Below, piece after piece: positions 47,913-57,712 of a DNA stretch of 64,000 bases (position 1 is its first letter; every line of letters starts with the position of its first letter). This DNA is from Thermoproteota archaeon (GTDB lineage Archaea; Korarchaeota; Korarchaeia; Korarchaeales; Korarchaeaceae). The stretch spans positions 1 through 64,000 of the forward strand of contig JAOZGC010000004.1 of NCBI GenBank assembly GCA_027491915.1, read 5' to 3'. Below the pieces are notes generated by a model. It saw only the letters and a list, made by a program, of their open reading frames with translations. It did no database searches and had not been told where the DNA came from. Made by a program: the position numbers and the translations under genes.

Positions 47913-47995
47913 CACCAGCGCGGCCTCTCTCGGACCCCCTGGGGGTCTCGGCCAGTCCACCGGAGATCCCGGGCCAATATAAACCTGCTCCGGGA

Positions 47996-48622
47996 TCACC
48001 TGGAACTCAGGGCTATCCTCTCGATCTCCTCCTTCCTCTTTATGGCGTAACTCTTCGACGCGTCGTAGTTGGCGGCGGCGATGATCTCGTCGGCCAGCGC
48101 CTCGGCCAGGCTCCTGGGGCTCCTGAAGGCCTTCATGGCCGCGCCCACCGCGATGTGCCTGATGGCCAGGTCCACCATCCTCGAGGGCGACGTGTCCACG
48201 GCGTGGAAGTACCTCACCCCACCGTACATTATCCTGGTCACCTCCTCCCTTATCGCCGAGTTCTCTATCGCCCTGACGAGCACGGATATTGGGTTCTCCC
48301 CGGTGCGCAGCTCTATTATCCTGAAGGCGTACTTCACGGTCCTGAGCGCCTTAAGCTTCTTACCGGGATTCTTGCTGTTGACCCTGTCCTTCTTGGATCT
48401 AGCGTTTATCGCCTGCGACATCAGCCTGTTGACGAGCCTCTCGACTATCAAGAGGTCGTGCTTCCCGAAGTGCCTGTGCTCGTGCCGTCCCCCGGTGTGC
48501 GGGAGGTATCTTGGGGAGAGCCCTATGAAGGGCTCGAGCGCGGCCTCGCTGACCCTCACCCCCTCGAAGCTCCAGATGCCAAAGAGCTTTATCTCCCTCT
48601 CCCTATTTGACAAAAATATCAC
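47996..48622 (-). CDS. rps7: 30S ribosomal protein S7
   Basis: [37 protein letters not shown]. Confidence 0.96.
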   Translation of the reverse strand: MIFLSNREREIKLFGIWSFEGVRVSEAALEPFIGLSPRYLPHTGGRHEHRHFGKHDLLIVERLVNRLMSQAINARSKKDRVNSKNPGKKLKALRTVKYAFRIIELRTGENPISVLVRAIENSAIREEVTRIMYGGVRYFHAVDTSPSRMVDLAIRHIAVGAAMKAFRSPRSLAEALADEIIAAANYDASKSYAIKRKEEIERIALSSR

Positions 48623-49059
48623 CTTGTGGGCTTCTCTTTCTTACCACTGAGTATCGCTTGCAGGGAAACTCCGTTGACTTTTATGACCTGGTATCTCACT
48701 CCCGGTATGTCCCCCACGCTCCTGCCCCGGGATCCTCCTATACCGGCCACCAGCACCTCGTCGTGCTCGTCTATGACATTGAGCGCCCCGTCTCCCGGCG
48801 CGAAAGCCGTTATCACCACCCCATTCTTGGCCAGCTGCACCCTGACGGCCTTCCTCAGGCCGGAGTGAGGTTGCCTGGCCTCCAGGCCGACCTTCTCGAT
48901 GACTATTCCCTTGGCCATGGGTGCACCCTCCAGGGGTTCGAACCTCTCCTTCAACCTGAGAACCCTCCTCCTGTACTTCCAATCCTTCCATCTCTTCCTC
49001 TTGCTCTTCTCCCTCAGTTTCCTCGCCGCGTAGAGCCCGAGCGGGGACTTCTTGGTCAT
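48619..49059 (-). CDS. rps12: 30S ribosomal protein S12
   Basis: [35 protein letters not shown]. Confidence 0.97.
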   Translation of the reverse strand: MTKKSPLGLYAARKLREKSKRKRWKDWKYRRRVLRLKERFEPLEGAPMAKGIVIEKVGLEARQPHSGLRKAVRVQLAKNGVVITAFAPGDGALNVIDEHDEVLVAGIGGSRGRSVGDIPGVRYQVIKVNGVSLQAILSGKKEKPTR

Positions 49060-49091
49060 CTCGAACCTCCCCTCACTCCGTCGATCCCACC

Positions 49092-49544
49092 TCATCGGCC
49101 CGATATTTTAACGTTGCCTATTCCAAACCACCTCTTGACGAGTTTCCTGGCCCTGTTTATCCTCCTCCCGCCTCTGCCTATGGCTATACTCATGTCCTCC
49201 CCCCTGACTACCACGTGGGCCACCTTGCCCCTCTTCACCTCCCTTATTTTGACGTCGAGCACCCTGGCCGGTCTGAGTATGTTGGCTATGAACTTCCCCG
49301 GATCCCCGCTGAACTCCACCACGTCCAGCGACCTCCCGAGGTCCCTCTCCAGGATCTGCCTCATGAGCCTGAGGTTCTCCCCCCTCCTCCCCAGAACCCT
49401 GGCCATGTCGCCCTCCTCTACCACGAAGACCAGCTTTCCCTCCTCCTCGACGACGTCCTTCGGGACAATCCCCGACAGGTCCCTGAAGAGCTGCAGGAAC
49501 CTCATCTGCGACTCGTTTATCACTACCTTCGGTATTTGGGTCAC
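49092..49544 (-). CDS. nusA: Archaeal NusA (KH domains)
   Basis: LVFVVEEG...[16 protein letters not shown]; canonical position. Confidence 0.92.
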   Translation of the reverse strand: MTQIPKVVINESQMRFLQLFRDLSGIVPKDVVEEEGKLVFVVEEGDMARVLGRRGENLRLMRQILERDLGRSLDVVEFSGDPGKFIANILRPARVLDVKIREVKRGKVAHVVVRGEDMSIAIGRGGRRINRARKLVKRWFGIGNVKISGR

Positions 49545-49582
49545 CCCGCCACCCTAATTCCCGCCAACCCCCTCGCTCCTCC

Positions 49583-49897
49583 TCACTCCTCCTCGATTCC
49601 GGCCGAGGTCAGTATGGAGGACTCCCCCGGATCCATGACGGCCAGGACCGACACGAAGAAGGGTTTCCTGAGCATCCTGCCCAGGTCCAGGCTGCCGCCG
49701 TGCGTGAGCAGGGGGACTCCAGCCACGCTGCACAGATGCTGGATCTCCAGCCTAGCTTCTTCGGGGGCATTTTTTGCCAATATCACCAATTTGGGCCTCT
49801 CCTTACCCGTCTTCAGGAGCCTGATCACCTTTCTGGCACCGTAAACTACGGTGCCCGTCGTGTATGCCAGCCAGACTTCTCTACTCAGATCGGCCAA
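49583..49897 (-). CDS. rpl30e: 50S ribosomal protein L30e
   Basis: TGTVVYG, KLVILAKNAP, LGRMLRKPFFVSVLAVMDPGESSIL. Confidence 0.95.
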   Translation of the reverse strand: MADLSREVWLAYTTGTVVYGARKVIRLLKTGKERPKLVILAKNAPEEARLEIQHLCSVAGVPLLTHGGSLDLGRMLRKPFFVSVLAVMDPGESSILTSAGIEEE

Positions 49898-52800
49898 CCT
49901 TGATCGCCTCCAACAACCTCTCTGTCTTCTCCCAGTCCCAGGAGAGCCTCACCCTGCCCGTACCCACGGGTGGTGTCTGGCCCATTATCAAGGCGTCCAG
50001 CGGCCCGTTTATAGGGTTTCTCTCGCCCCTCATGGCGGTGTTCAGGGCGACGTGGTAAACCCACTCGAACGCCATCTTGCTCAGCGGACTCTTCATGACG
50101 GCAAAAAATCCTGATGGAACCCCGGAGGCCTGGAGGGCTATCGGGAGGATCTTCCCGGCGTAGGTCATGGCGTCCACCACGAGGGTGACGTACCTCCTGT
50201 CGACCTCCAGACCCTGCTCTCTCAAAACCTTCAAGAGCTCCCGGAGGAGGCACTCCCTTCCGGCCTCTATACCCAGAATCTCAGTTATCTCCCTGCAGTC
50301 GTTGGTCAACGTCCTGGTTGGATCCACAAATTCCAGCCTGAGCACCTCCCTCAGGTTGGAGCCCCTCGTCCTCAGATAGTACTCGTAACCCCCGTCGGAG
50401 GTCTCCTGCCTTATCGCGTTTATCCCCTTTATCCCCTTTATTCCCCTGACCTGCTTGGACACTATGCGCATGGACCAGGACCTGAGCGTCTGGTAGGGCT
50501 TCTCCCTCTCGGCTATGTCCGGCATGTCGACCAATATGAGGTCCCCCTCCACGCTGACCCTCCCCTTGATCCCCTTTGAGGCGGCCTTCACCACGGAGGC
50601 CAGCTCGTCCATCTCCACCCCGCTCTCCCTCATCTTCTCCGGGTCGACCCTCATGACCAGCCTGAATCCCTCGCTGTCTATCTGGAACTCGGAGAGGAGA
50701 TCCCTGACCAGGACCTCCTTTATCCTCCTCATGGCCTCCTCCACCTTTTCCCTGTCCCTGGCCCACTCCCCCCTGAGGCGTATCTCCATGGTGGGGGTGC
50801 TGGTCGAGGCGTAGAACACGAGCTCCTTGAACCTCTCGACCCCGTGGGTGACGTCCATCGTGAGCACCCCGGGGGCGTGGAAGGTCCTGAGCACCATCTG
50901 GGTGGTGGGCTCCGCTATACTCTGGGCGCTTATTATCCCTATCGGGGTGAGCACATCTACCTTGGCGGCCTCGAAGCCCCTCTTCACCTCCTCGCAGACC
51001 TCTCTGGCCTCCTTCTCGCTGGCTCTGGCCTCGATCAACATCTCCGCCAGCCTCTCTGGGAGGCCGTACCCGGCGACCACCTGCCTTATCCTCTTCTTGG
51101 GGACCCTCTTCCTCACGCCCCTGACGTGTCTCTCTATGACCTTATCGAAATTGATTGGCTCCCCCCTGAACAGCTTCACCGGATCGTACCCGTCTCCCCC
51201 GAACCTGAACTGTATCACCCGGCCGTAGCTGTCCCTGACCGTTCCGTCGTACTCCACGTATATGTCCTTCAGCGCGTTGGCCACCCTCCTGTAGAAGTAG
51301 CCGCTGTCCTCGGTCCTCCTGCCCTTGTCTATCAGCGACTCCCTGCTGCTCATGGCGTGAAAGACGAACTCCGCCGGGTTCAATCCCTTGAGGTAGCCGC
51401 TCTTGACGAACCCGCCGGCCTCCAGGCTCATGTCCCCCCTCCTGAAGTAAGAGAGCACCCTGCCCTTGAAGCCCTTCTTCGGCTTCCCGCTGGTCAGGAC
51501 GAACCCGACCCTCCTCTTGACGGTCTGCTGACCGACCGTGCCCACCACCTGCGCCAGGTTTGCCAGGGAGCCCCTCGCCCCTATCTTGGCCATCACGATG
51601 GCGTTGCTCTCCGGATTCAGGTGCCTGGCCACGACCGAATTTATCTCCGATCTGAGAGCATCCAGATCCCTGACCATCTCGAATTCGAGCATCTGATCCT
51701 CCAAGGTCGCTCTTATCATCTCCTCCTTCGTCCTGTACTGCCCCGTCACCCTCCTCCTCGCTCTCCGGAATTCCTCGGCCTTCCTGTTCACCCTCTCCGC
51801 CGCCACCCTGTAGAGCTCCTCTATCTCCTCCTCGGCCTCCCTGGGCAGGAGGAGCTCCTGGAGGGACACGGTCACCCCTATACTCGTCACGAACTTTGCC
51901 GCCATCCTGAGCGCCCTGTTCAGGAAGTCCGCCGCGACCTCCTCGCCGTAATCCCTTATCAGCAGGTCTATTATGGTCCGCTTCCCCTTCACGAGCGTTC
52001 CGACCACGTCGTCGTCTATGACCCCGCTGAGAAGCTGACCATTCCTTATCATCACGTGGCCGTCCACCGGACTCTCAGGAGAGGAACAGCTCGGCACGTC
52101 AGGGCACACCTTGGCCGTGGTCACCATGTTGAAGTCCTTTGGGAGGAGCTCCGAGAACAGCTGCTTTCCGGTCCACATCTCTATCGGGGAGAGCACCGCC
52201 GGCTCGGGGAGGTCGGTCACTCCCGCAGAAGCCAGTATTATAGACGCCTCCTCCCTGGTGAAGAGAGAATCCTTCCTCGTCAAGTAGTACAGGGCGGTGA
52301 CGAAGTCCTGTCTGGCCCCGACGATGGAGCCGCCCGTCCTGGGCGAGAGCATGTTCTTCTTGACGTTCATCAGCTTCGCCGCCTCCACCCTGGCCTCGGT
52401 CAGCTGGGGGGCGTGCAGGTTCATCTCGTCCCCGTCGAAGTCGGCGTTGTACGGGACGCAAACCCCGGGGTGGAGCCTGAACGTCGCCCCAGGCAGGACC
52501 TTCACCCGATGCCCCATTATCGAGAGCCTGTGGAGGGAGGGCTGCCTGTTGAAGATCACGTTGTCCCCGTCCATCAGGTGTCTCTCCACCACGTCTCCAA
52601 TCTGGAGCTCCTCGGCCAGAGCCTTCAGGAGTCCCCTCCTCTGGACGACCCTCAGGTTTATGGGCATTCCGCCCGACTTCCTGACGTAGTTGGCCCCCGG
52701 ATGGCTGTCCGGCCCCCTCAGCACCAGATCCTTCATCCTCTCAATGTTGCTCTCGTTGACGTACTCGGGAATCGTGAGGGTCTTCGCTATCTCCACCGGC

Positions 52801-53867
52801 ACGCCGACCTCGTCTATGTCCAACATCGGGTCGGGGGATATGACCGTCCTGCTGGAGAAATCGACCCTCTTGCCCACGAGGTTCTTCCGGAGCCTACCCT
52901 CCTTACCCTCCAGCCTCTGGAAGAGGGACTTGAGCGGCCTCCTGGTTCCCCTCTGGGTGGCCAGGGGGAGGCCCGATATGGAGTTCCTGAACAGCACGGC
53001 CACCCAGTACTGCAGCAGGTCCCACTCGCTCTCGACCACGCTGTTCGGGGCGCCGGTCTTTATCGAGTAGGCCAGCTTCTGATTTGCCTTCACCACCTCC
53101 CCCAGCATGTGGGTCAGGTCGTCCTCGGATCTCTCTCCAGTCTCTAAGAAGATCGACGGCCTCACGGTCGGAGGAGGAACCAGCAGGACGGTCATCACCG
53201 TCCACTCCGGCCTGGAGGTCTCCGGATTGAACCCCATCAGGAGGCAGTCGTCGTTCGGGATCCTCTCCAGCCTGTCCCTCACCTCGGTCGGCCAGAGCCT
53301 CCTGGGCTCCGGCTCCTTGACTATGAACTTGAACACCTCCTCCAAGCTGATCTTCTCTATCCTAGCCCCGCAGTGGGGACAGGTCTTCTCCTTCTTCGTG
53401 TACCTCTTGACGGCCTCCTTCACCTCTCTGACGAGCCCGTCGTCCACCACCTTATCCGGGTTCTCCTCGGCGAACTTCCGGGCCCTCTCTATGTACGCCC
53501 TCCTCTCCTCCTCCGGCAGCAGCACCTTCCCGCAGGAGGGGCAGGTGGAGTTCAGGATGTCTTTTATCCTCCTGACGTATCCTATGTGAAAAACTGGCTT
53601 GGTTAGCTCTATTCTGCCAAAGTGTCCGGGGCACATGGACTGCAGGTTCCCGCAGGTCGGGCACCTGACCCTGGGATTCGTGGTGCCGAGCCTGGGGTCC
53701 AGGACTCCCCCCTGTATCGGGAGGCCCCCCTCGTCGTACGCCGTCGGCTCCCTTATCTCTATTATCCCCATGCGCCTTATGACCGAGGGGGAAAGGAGCC
53801 CGAACCTGACTGCGTTGAGGACGTTTGGCAGGGCCTCCTCTTTCTCGACCGGGCTGGCCAGCGTCAC
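49881..53867 (-). CDS. rpoA: RNA polymerase largest subunit Rpo1, fused A'+A''
   Basis: CPGHFG, YNADFDGDEMN, QSIAEPTTQM, GTG C-terminus, all in one 1328-aa ORF. Confidence 0.97.
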   Translation of the reverse strand: MTLASPVEKEEALPNVLNAVRFGLLSPSVIRRMGIIEIREPTAYDEGGLPIQGGVLDPRLGTTNPRVRCPTCGNLQSMCPGHFGRIELTKPVFHIGYVRRIKDILNSTCPSCGKVLLPEEERRAYIERARKFAEENPDKVVDDGLVREVKEAVKRYTKKEKTCPHCGARIEKISLEEVFKFIVKEPEPRRLWPTEVRDRLERIPNDDCLLMGFNPETSRPEWTVMTVLLVPPPTVRPSIFLETGERSEDDLTHMLGEVVKANQKLAYSIKTGAPNSVVESEWDLLQYWVAVLFRNSISGLPLATQRGTRRPLKSLFQRLEGKEGRLRKNLVGKRVDFSSRTVISPDPMLDIDEVGVPVEIAKTLTIPEYVNESNIERMKDLVLRGPDSHPGANYVRKSGGMPINLRVVQRRGLLKALAEELQIGDVVERHLMDGDNVIFNRQPSLHRLSIMGHRVKVLPGATFRLHPGVCVPYNADFDGDEMNLHAPQLTEARVEAAKLMNVKKNMLSPRTGGSIVGARQDFVTALYYLTRKDSLFTREEASIILASAGVTDLPEPAVLSPIEMWTGKQLFSELLPKDFNMVTTAKVCPDVPSCSSPESPVDGHVMIRNGQLLSGVIDDDVVGTLVKGKRTIIDLLIRDYGEEVAADFLNRALRMAAKFVTSIGVTVSLQELLLPREAEEEIEELYRVAAERVNRKAEEFRRARRRVTGQYRTKEEMIRATLEDQMLEFEMVRDLDALRSEINSVVARHLNPESNAIVMAKIGARGSLANLAQVVGTVGQQTVKRRVGFVLTSGKPKKGFKGRVLSYFRRGDMSLEAGGFVKSGYLKGLNPAEFVFHAMSSRESLIDKGRRTEDSGYFYRRVANALKDIYVEYDGTVRDSYGRVIQFRFGGDGYDPVKLFRGEPINFDKVIERHVRGVRKRVPKKRIRQVVAGYGLPERLAEMLIEARASEKEAREVCEEVKRGFEAAKVDVLTPIGIISAQSIAEPTTQMVLRTFHAPGVLTMDVTHGVERFKELVFYASTSTPTMEIRLRGEWARDREKVEEAMRRIKEVLVRDLLSEFQIDSEGFRLVMRVDPEKMRESGVEMDELASVVKAASKGIKGRVSVEGDLILVDMPDIAEREKPYQTLRSWSMRIVSKQVRGIKGIKGINAIRQETSDGGYEYYLRTRGSNLREVLRLEFVDPTRTLTNDCREITEILGIEAGRECLLRELLKVLREQGLEVDRRYVTLVVDAMTYAGKILPIALQASGVPSGFFAVMKSPLSKMAFEWVYHVALNTAMRGERNPINGPLDALIMGQTPPVGTGRVRLSWDWEKTERLLEAIKVGRSE

Positions 53868-53868
53868 G

Positions 53869-56800
53869 TCAGACCCCCTCCCCCACCTCCAACCTGACGT
53901 CTATCAGCCCGGTCATCAGCTCCTGTATCAGGAGCTTCGAGGCGTGGCTCATTATCAGCGGGCGGACCTCCGTCGGCTTCTGGCACCTCTCGCATATGAA
54001 CTGATTCTTTATGGAGTTGAAGTACGCCAGAGAGCCGCACTTCTTGCACACGTACACTATGGTGCGATCGGAGTGCTCTATGTACCTGTCCCTCAGCATG
54101 GAGGCCGCCCCGTGAGATATCAGGACCTCTCCCTCCATCTCTCCCAGTTTCAGGCCGCCGCCGCGGGCCCTGCCCTCCACGGGCTGCCTCGTTAGGAGCT
54201 GCACCTTCCCCCTGGCCCTGGCGTGGATCTTGTCCCGCACCATGTGCTTCAGCCTCTGGTAGAAGCTTATCCCTATGAATATGGGGGCCCTTATCATCTT
54301 CCCGGTCCTCCCGTCGTACATTATCTCCTCCCCGGTCGGCTCGAATCCCAACCTCTTCAGGGCCTCGAACAGGTCTCCAACCGGCTCCTTGGCGAAGGGC
54401 GTGCCGTCGACGAACCTGCCCTCCAGGGCACCGACCTTGCCGGCCAGAATCTCTATGAGCTGCCCTATGGTCATCCTTGACGGTATGGCGTGGGGATCCA
54501 TCACTATGTCCGGGGTTATGCCCTGCGAGGTGAAGGGCATGTCCTCCTGCCTGAATATCATCCCCACCACACCCTTCTGACCGTGCCTGGTCGCGAACTT
54601 GTCTCCGAGCTCCGGGGGCCGGGTCTCCCTCACCCTTACCCTCGCCATCTTCTCGCCGTCGGCCGTTGTCACAAGATACACGTCGTCGACTATCCCCCTC
54701 TCCCACGCCCTCATGGCGACAGACGTGTCCCTCCTCTCGAAGGCGTAGGTGAACCCGGCCGGCCCGGCGCTGAGCTCCGGCGAGAATCTGGGTGGGCTCG
54801 TCCTCCCTATGAGCACGTCCCCGCCCTCCACCTCGGTCTCGACGTCCACTATCCCGTCCTCCCCCAGCTTGCTGTAAGCGCTCTCGTCCCTCTTCCCAGT
54901 GACCCCCTTCAGGGGGTAGGGATTCTCGAACCTATCTCCCTCCACTATCGCCTGCCTCATCGCAACGGCCTCGTAGGTCCTGAAGAACACCCCCCTGGCC
55001 ATTCCCCGGTCTATCCCGCCCTTGTTCAGGACTATGGCGTCGTCCATGTTGTACCCGTCCATCGGCATCAGGGCGACCACCAGGTTCTGACCCGACGGCC
55101 TCAGATCGTACCCCACCAGCTCTCCCGTCCTGGTCCTCACTATGGGCCTCTGCACGTAGTGCATCGTGTAGGCCCTGCTGTCCATCCTGAGCCTCCAGTT
55201 GGTGGCGTATACGCCGAGCCCCTGCTTAACCATGTTCCCCCCTATGATGTCCCTCGGCAGGGCGTTGTGCTCGGCGTATGGGATCTGCCCCGCGGCCACC
55301 CCCAGCATCATGTAGGGTGCGAAGTCCAGGTGGGTGTGCTCCGGCCCCAGGCTGGCCAGATCAAACGCCACAACCGCCTCCTCCTCCTCATCGGCGTCGA
55401 GCATCTCGACGACTCCCCGGTCGACCAGCTCCGAGAAGGAGATGCGGCCGGCCTCTACGTCCGGCAGGAGCCTGATGGCCTCCTCTATCCTGTCCACCGG
55501 GATCAGGGGCCTCCTCATCCTCCCGGAGTCGGCGTTGATCACCACGGAACCCTCGTCCTCCAGGTAGGCTATGTTCACCTCCCACCCGAGCTCGCTCCTT
55601 ATCGCCCTGAGCCTGGTCACCAGGCCGCGGGGATCGTCGGTCATTCCCACCAGGATCCCGCTGACGTACACCGGGTGGAGGGACCCCACCTCCCTCGGGC
55701 TGCACTCCCTTATCGGCTTGACCCTCCCGTCGGCCAGCACCCTCTCTATTATGGGCCGGGGGTCCTCCCCGTAGGTGACGTCCGCGAACATGGCCAGGCT
55801 CCTGACCAACCCGACGTTGGTCCCCTCCGGGGTCTCCAGGGGGCACAGCCTGCCCACGGTGGTCCCGTGGATCTGGCGGGCCTCGTGCAGGGGCAGCCCA
55901 GGGGGGAGAGGGGAGTTCACCCTCCTCAGGTGCTGCATCACCGACACGTAGTTGGTCCTGTCTATGTTCTGGCTGACCCCCAGCTCTCCCCCGGGCCAGG
56001 TTCCGGTCGCCAGGGCCCTGAGTATCCTCTCGGTTATCCTGCTCCTCCCGGTGATTATCTTCCTCAGATCTATCTCGAAGACGCCAGAACTCAGCTGCTC
56101 GTCGGACTTCTCCTTGAGATCCCTGGCCAGCCTGTAAAACGCATCTCTGAAGGCCTGCTGCATCAGGTCTCCAACCAACCTCAACCTCTTGTTGGCGAAG
56201 TGGTCCCTGTCGTCCGGGGGTATCAACCCCTTGACCACCATCAGGAGCTTCCTTATCATCCTGGCGAGGAAGTAGGCCTTGGGCAGGTCGTCATCCTCCG
56301 AGTTCCCCATGTGGGGGAGCAGGGATCTCCTCAGGTACTCCCTGGCGGCGCGGATCCTCTCCCTCTTCGGGGCGCTTTGGATGATCCTCCGGCCGAGGTA
56401 GTCCAGGGCCTCGTCCCTGTCGACGGGCCCGGGGGCGCCCTCCTCCTCGGCCCTCCTCTGGACGTCGTCCAAGCTGTAGAGGAACTCGCTCTTTATCTCT
56501 GGATCGTCCGAGATGGCGTCCATTATATCCCTGTCGGTGACCAGTCCCAGCGCCTTCAGGAGCATGGCAACCGGAACGGTCCGGAGCGGACCGAAGGAAG
56601 CCTTTATCGTCCCGTCCCGCGGGTAATACTCCAGAAATATCCTGCTCCTGAACCCGGCCTTGGTGGATATCACGTAGGCGGCGTGGGAATAGGGCTTGTT
56701 CTCTGCGGTGGTCGCCTCCACTATCACCTTGTTCGGCGCTATGTCGTCCCTGATGACGACCACCCTCTCAGACCCGTTTATTATGAAATACCCCCCGGGA

Positions 56801-57201
56801 TCGGCCGGATCGTCGCCCTTATCCAGGATCTCTTCCTCCGTGAGGTTGCTCAACACGCACCTGGACGATCTGACCATTATGGGGAGGTTTCCTATCTTGA
56901 GCTCTTCCCTCTTGAGCTCCAGGCCCTGGCTCTCGACCCTTATCTCCAGCGTAACCGGCGCCCAGTAGGTTAGCTTCCTGAGTCGGGCCTCCGTCGGGTT
57001 GATCGTCGTTTTGGCCCCGTCATACTCCTCTATTTCCGGGCTGCCGACCTCTATCCTCCCCAGCCTGATCTTATAGTTCTCCACAAGCTCTATCTCCCTG
57101 AAGGCGTCCACCACCTCCTGGAGCCCCCTCTCCAGGAACCTGTTGAAGGACTGGATCTGGACGTCCACGGGTCCGTGTTCCATGAAGTAGGCCTTCACCA
57201 T
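53869..57201 (-). CDS. rpoB: RNA polymerase subunit Rpo2 (B), undivided; start probably further upstream
   Basis: GGYFIINGSERV, CPLETPEG, GDKFATRHGQKG, GGLKLGEME. Confidence 0.97.
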   Translation of the reverse strand: MVKAYFMEHGPVDVQIQSFNRFLERGLQEVVDAFREIELVENYKIRLGRIEVGSPEIEEYDGAKTTINPTEARLRKLTYWAPVTLEIRVESQGLELKREELKIGNLPIMVRSSRCVLSNLTEEEILDKGDDPADPGGYFIINGSERVVVIRDDIAPNKVIVEATTAENKPYSHAAYVISTKAGFRSRIFLEYYPRDGTIKASFGPLRTVPVAMLLKALGLVTDRDIMDAISDDPEIKSEFLYSLDDVQRRAEEEGAPGPVDRDEALDYLGRRIIQSAPKRERIRAAREYLRRSLLPHMGNSEDDDLPKAYFLARMIRKLLMVVKGLIPPDDRDHFANKRLRLVGDLMQQAFRDAFYRLARDLKEKSDEQLSSGVFEIDLRKIITGRSRITERILRALATGTWPGGELGVSQNIDRTNYVSVMQHLRRVNSPLPPGLPLHEARQIHGTTVGRLCPLETPEGTNVGLVRSLAMFADVTYGEDPRPIIERVLADGRVKPIRECSPREVGSLHPVYVSGILVGMTDDPRGLVTRLRAIRSELGWEVNIAYLEDEGSVVINADSGRMRRPLIPVDRIEEAIRLLPDVEAGRISFSELVDRGVVEMLDADEEEEAVVAFDLASLGPEHTHLDFAPYMMLGVAAGQIPYAEHNALPRDIIGGNMVKQGLGVYATNWRLRMDSRAYTMHYVQRPIVRTRTGELVGYDLRPSGQNLVVALMPMDGYNMDDAIVLNKGGIDRGMARGVFFRTYEAVAMRQAIVEGDRFENPYPLKGVTGKRDESAYSKLGEDGIVDVETEVEGGDVLIGRTSPPRFSPELSAGPAGFTYAFERRDTSVAMRAWERGIVDDVYLVTTADGEKMARVRVRETRPPELGDKFATRHGQKGVVGMIFRQEDMPFTSQGITPDIVMDPHAIPSRMTIGQLIEILAGKVGALEGRFVDGTPFAKEPVGDLFEALKRLGFEPTGEEIMYDGRTGKMIRAPIFIGISFYQRLKHMVRDKIHARARGKVQLLTRQPVEGRARGGGLKLGEMEGEVLISHGAASMLRDRYIEHSDRTIVYVCKKCGSLAYFNSIKNQFICERCQKPTEVRPLIMSHASKLLIQELMTGLIDVRLEVGEGV

Positions 57202-57306
57202 CGGATAGAAATCGACGGAATCGGATCTCGGCCTAACATAACCAGATTCGGACAGGTTCAGGTCAATCCCCCCACAACCGAGCAGCAGGGTCTCAAGATC
57301 GAGCGA

Positions 57307-57618
57307 TCACCCTTCCACCACCAGCCTGTAGGTGGGGGCCTCCTCCCCAGGCCGGATCACCTTTATCACGTCTCCCGGTTTGGCTCCGATCTGAGACGCG
57401 ACCGGGTCGCTGGCCAAGATCTTGGGGAAGAGATCGAGCGGCCCATACGTCTCGGCCAGCCTGGCCTTCTCCTCATCGGAGACAAGCTCGTGGCGCGGAA
57501 CCAGGACGTGATCCATCAGGTTGAATTTTGGCTTGGAATGGACTTTCTTCCCGGTCCGAACCCTGCTCTTCTTCTGAGTTTTGACCCTCTTCTTTACGTT
57601 TTTTCTCTTTGAGGTCAA
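57307..57618 (-). CDS. rpoH: RNA polymerase subunit Rpo5 (H) with a Lys-rich N-terminal extension
   Basis: HVLVPRHE, PKILASDPV, GDVIKVIR, YRLVV. TTG start at 57618. Confidence 0.93.
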   Translation of the reverse strand: MTSKRKNVKKRVKTQKKSRVRTGKKVHSKPKFNLMDHVLVPRHELVSDEEKARLAETYGPLDLFPKILASDPVASQIGAKPGDVIKVIRPGEEAPTYRLVVEG

Positions 57619-57671
57619 TGAGTCCACCCCTCTCTGGAGGCCCCCCGTCACCCACCCCGCGCGGTACCCGG

Positions 57672-57680
57672 CTTTAAAAG
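57672..57680. promoter_or_regulatory. Bidirectional TATA between the rpoH operon and the porG-like gene
   Basis: CTTTAAAAG in a short divergent intergenic region. Confidence 0.6.
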
Positions 57681-57712
57681 GTTTGTCGCCCGGATCCGCC
57701 CGGTGGGTAGGC

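Noticed and set aside
50844-56973. Very long + strand ORFs (767 and 827 aa)
   Set aside because: They are antisense shadows of rpoA/rpoB caused by GC-rich codon bias, with no recognisable motifs.
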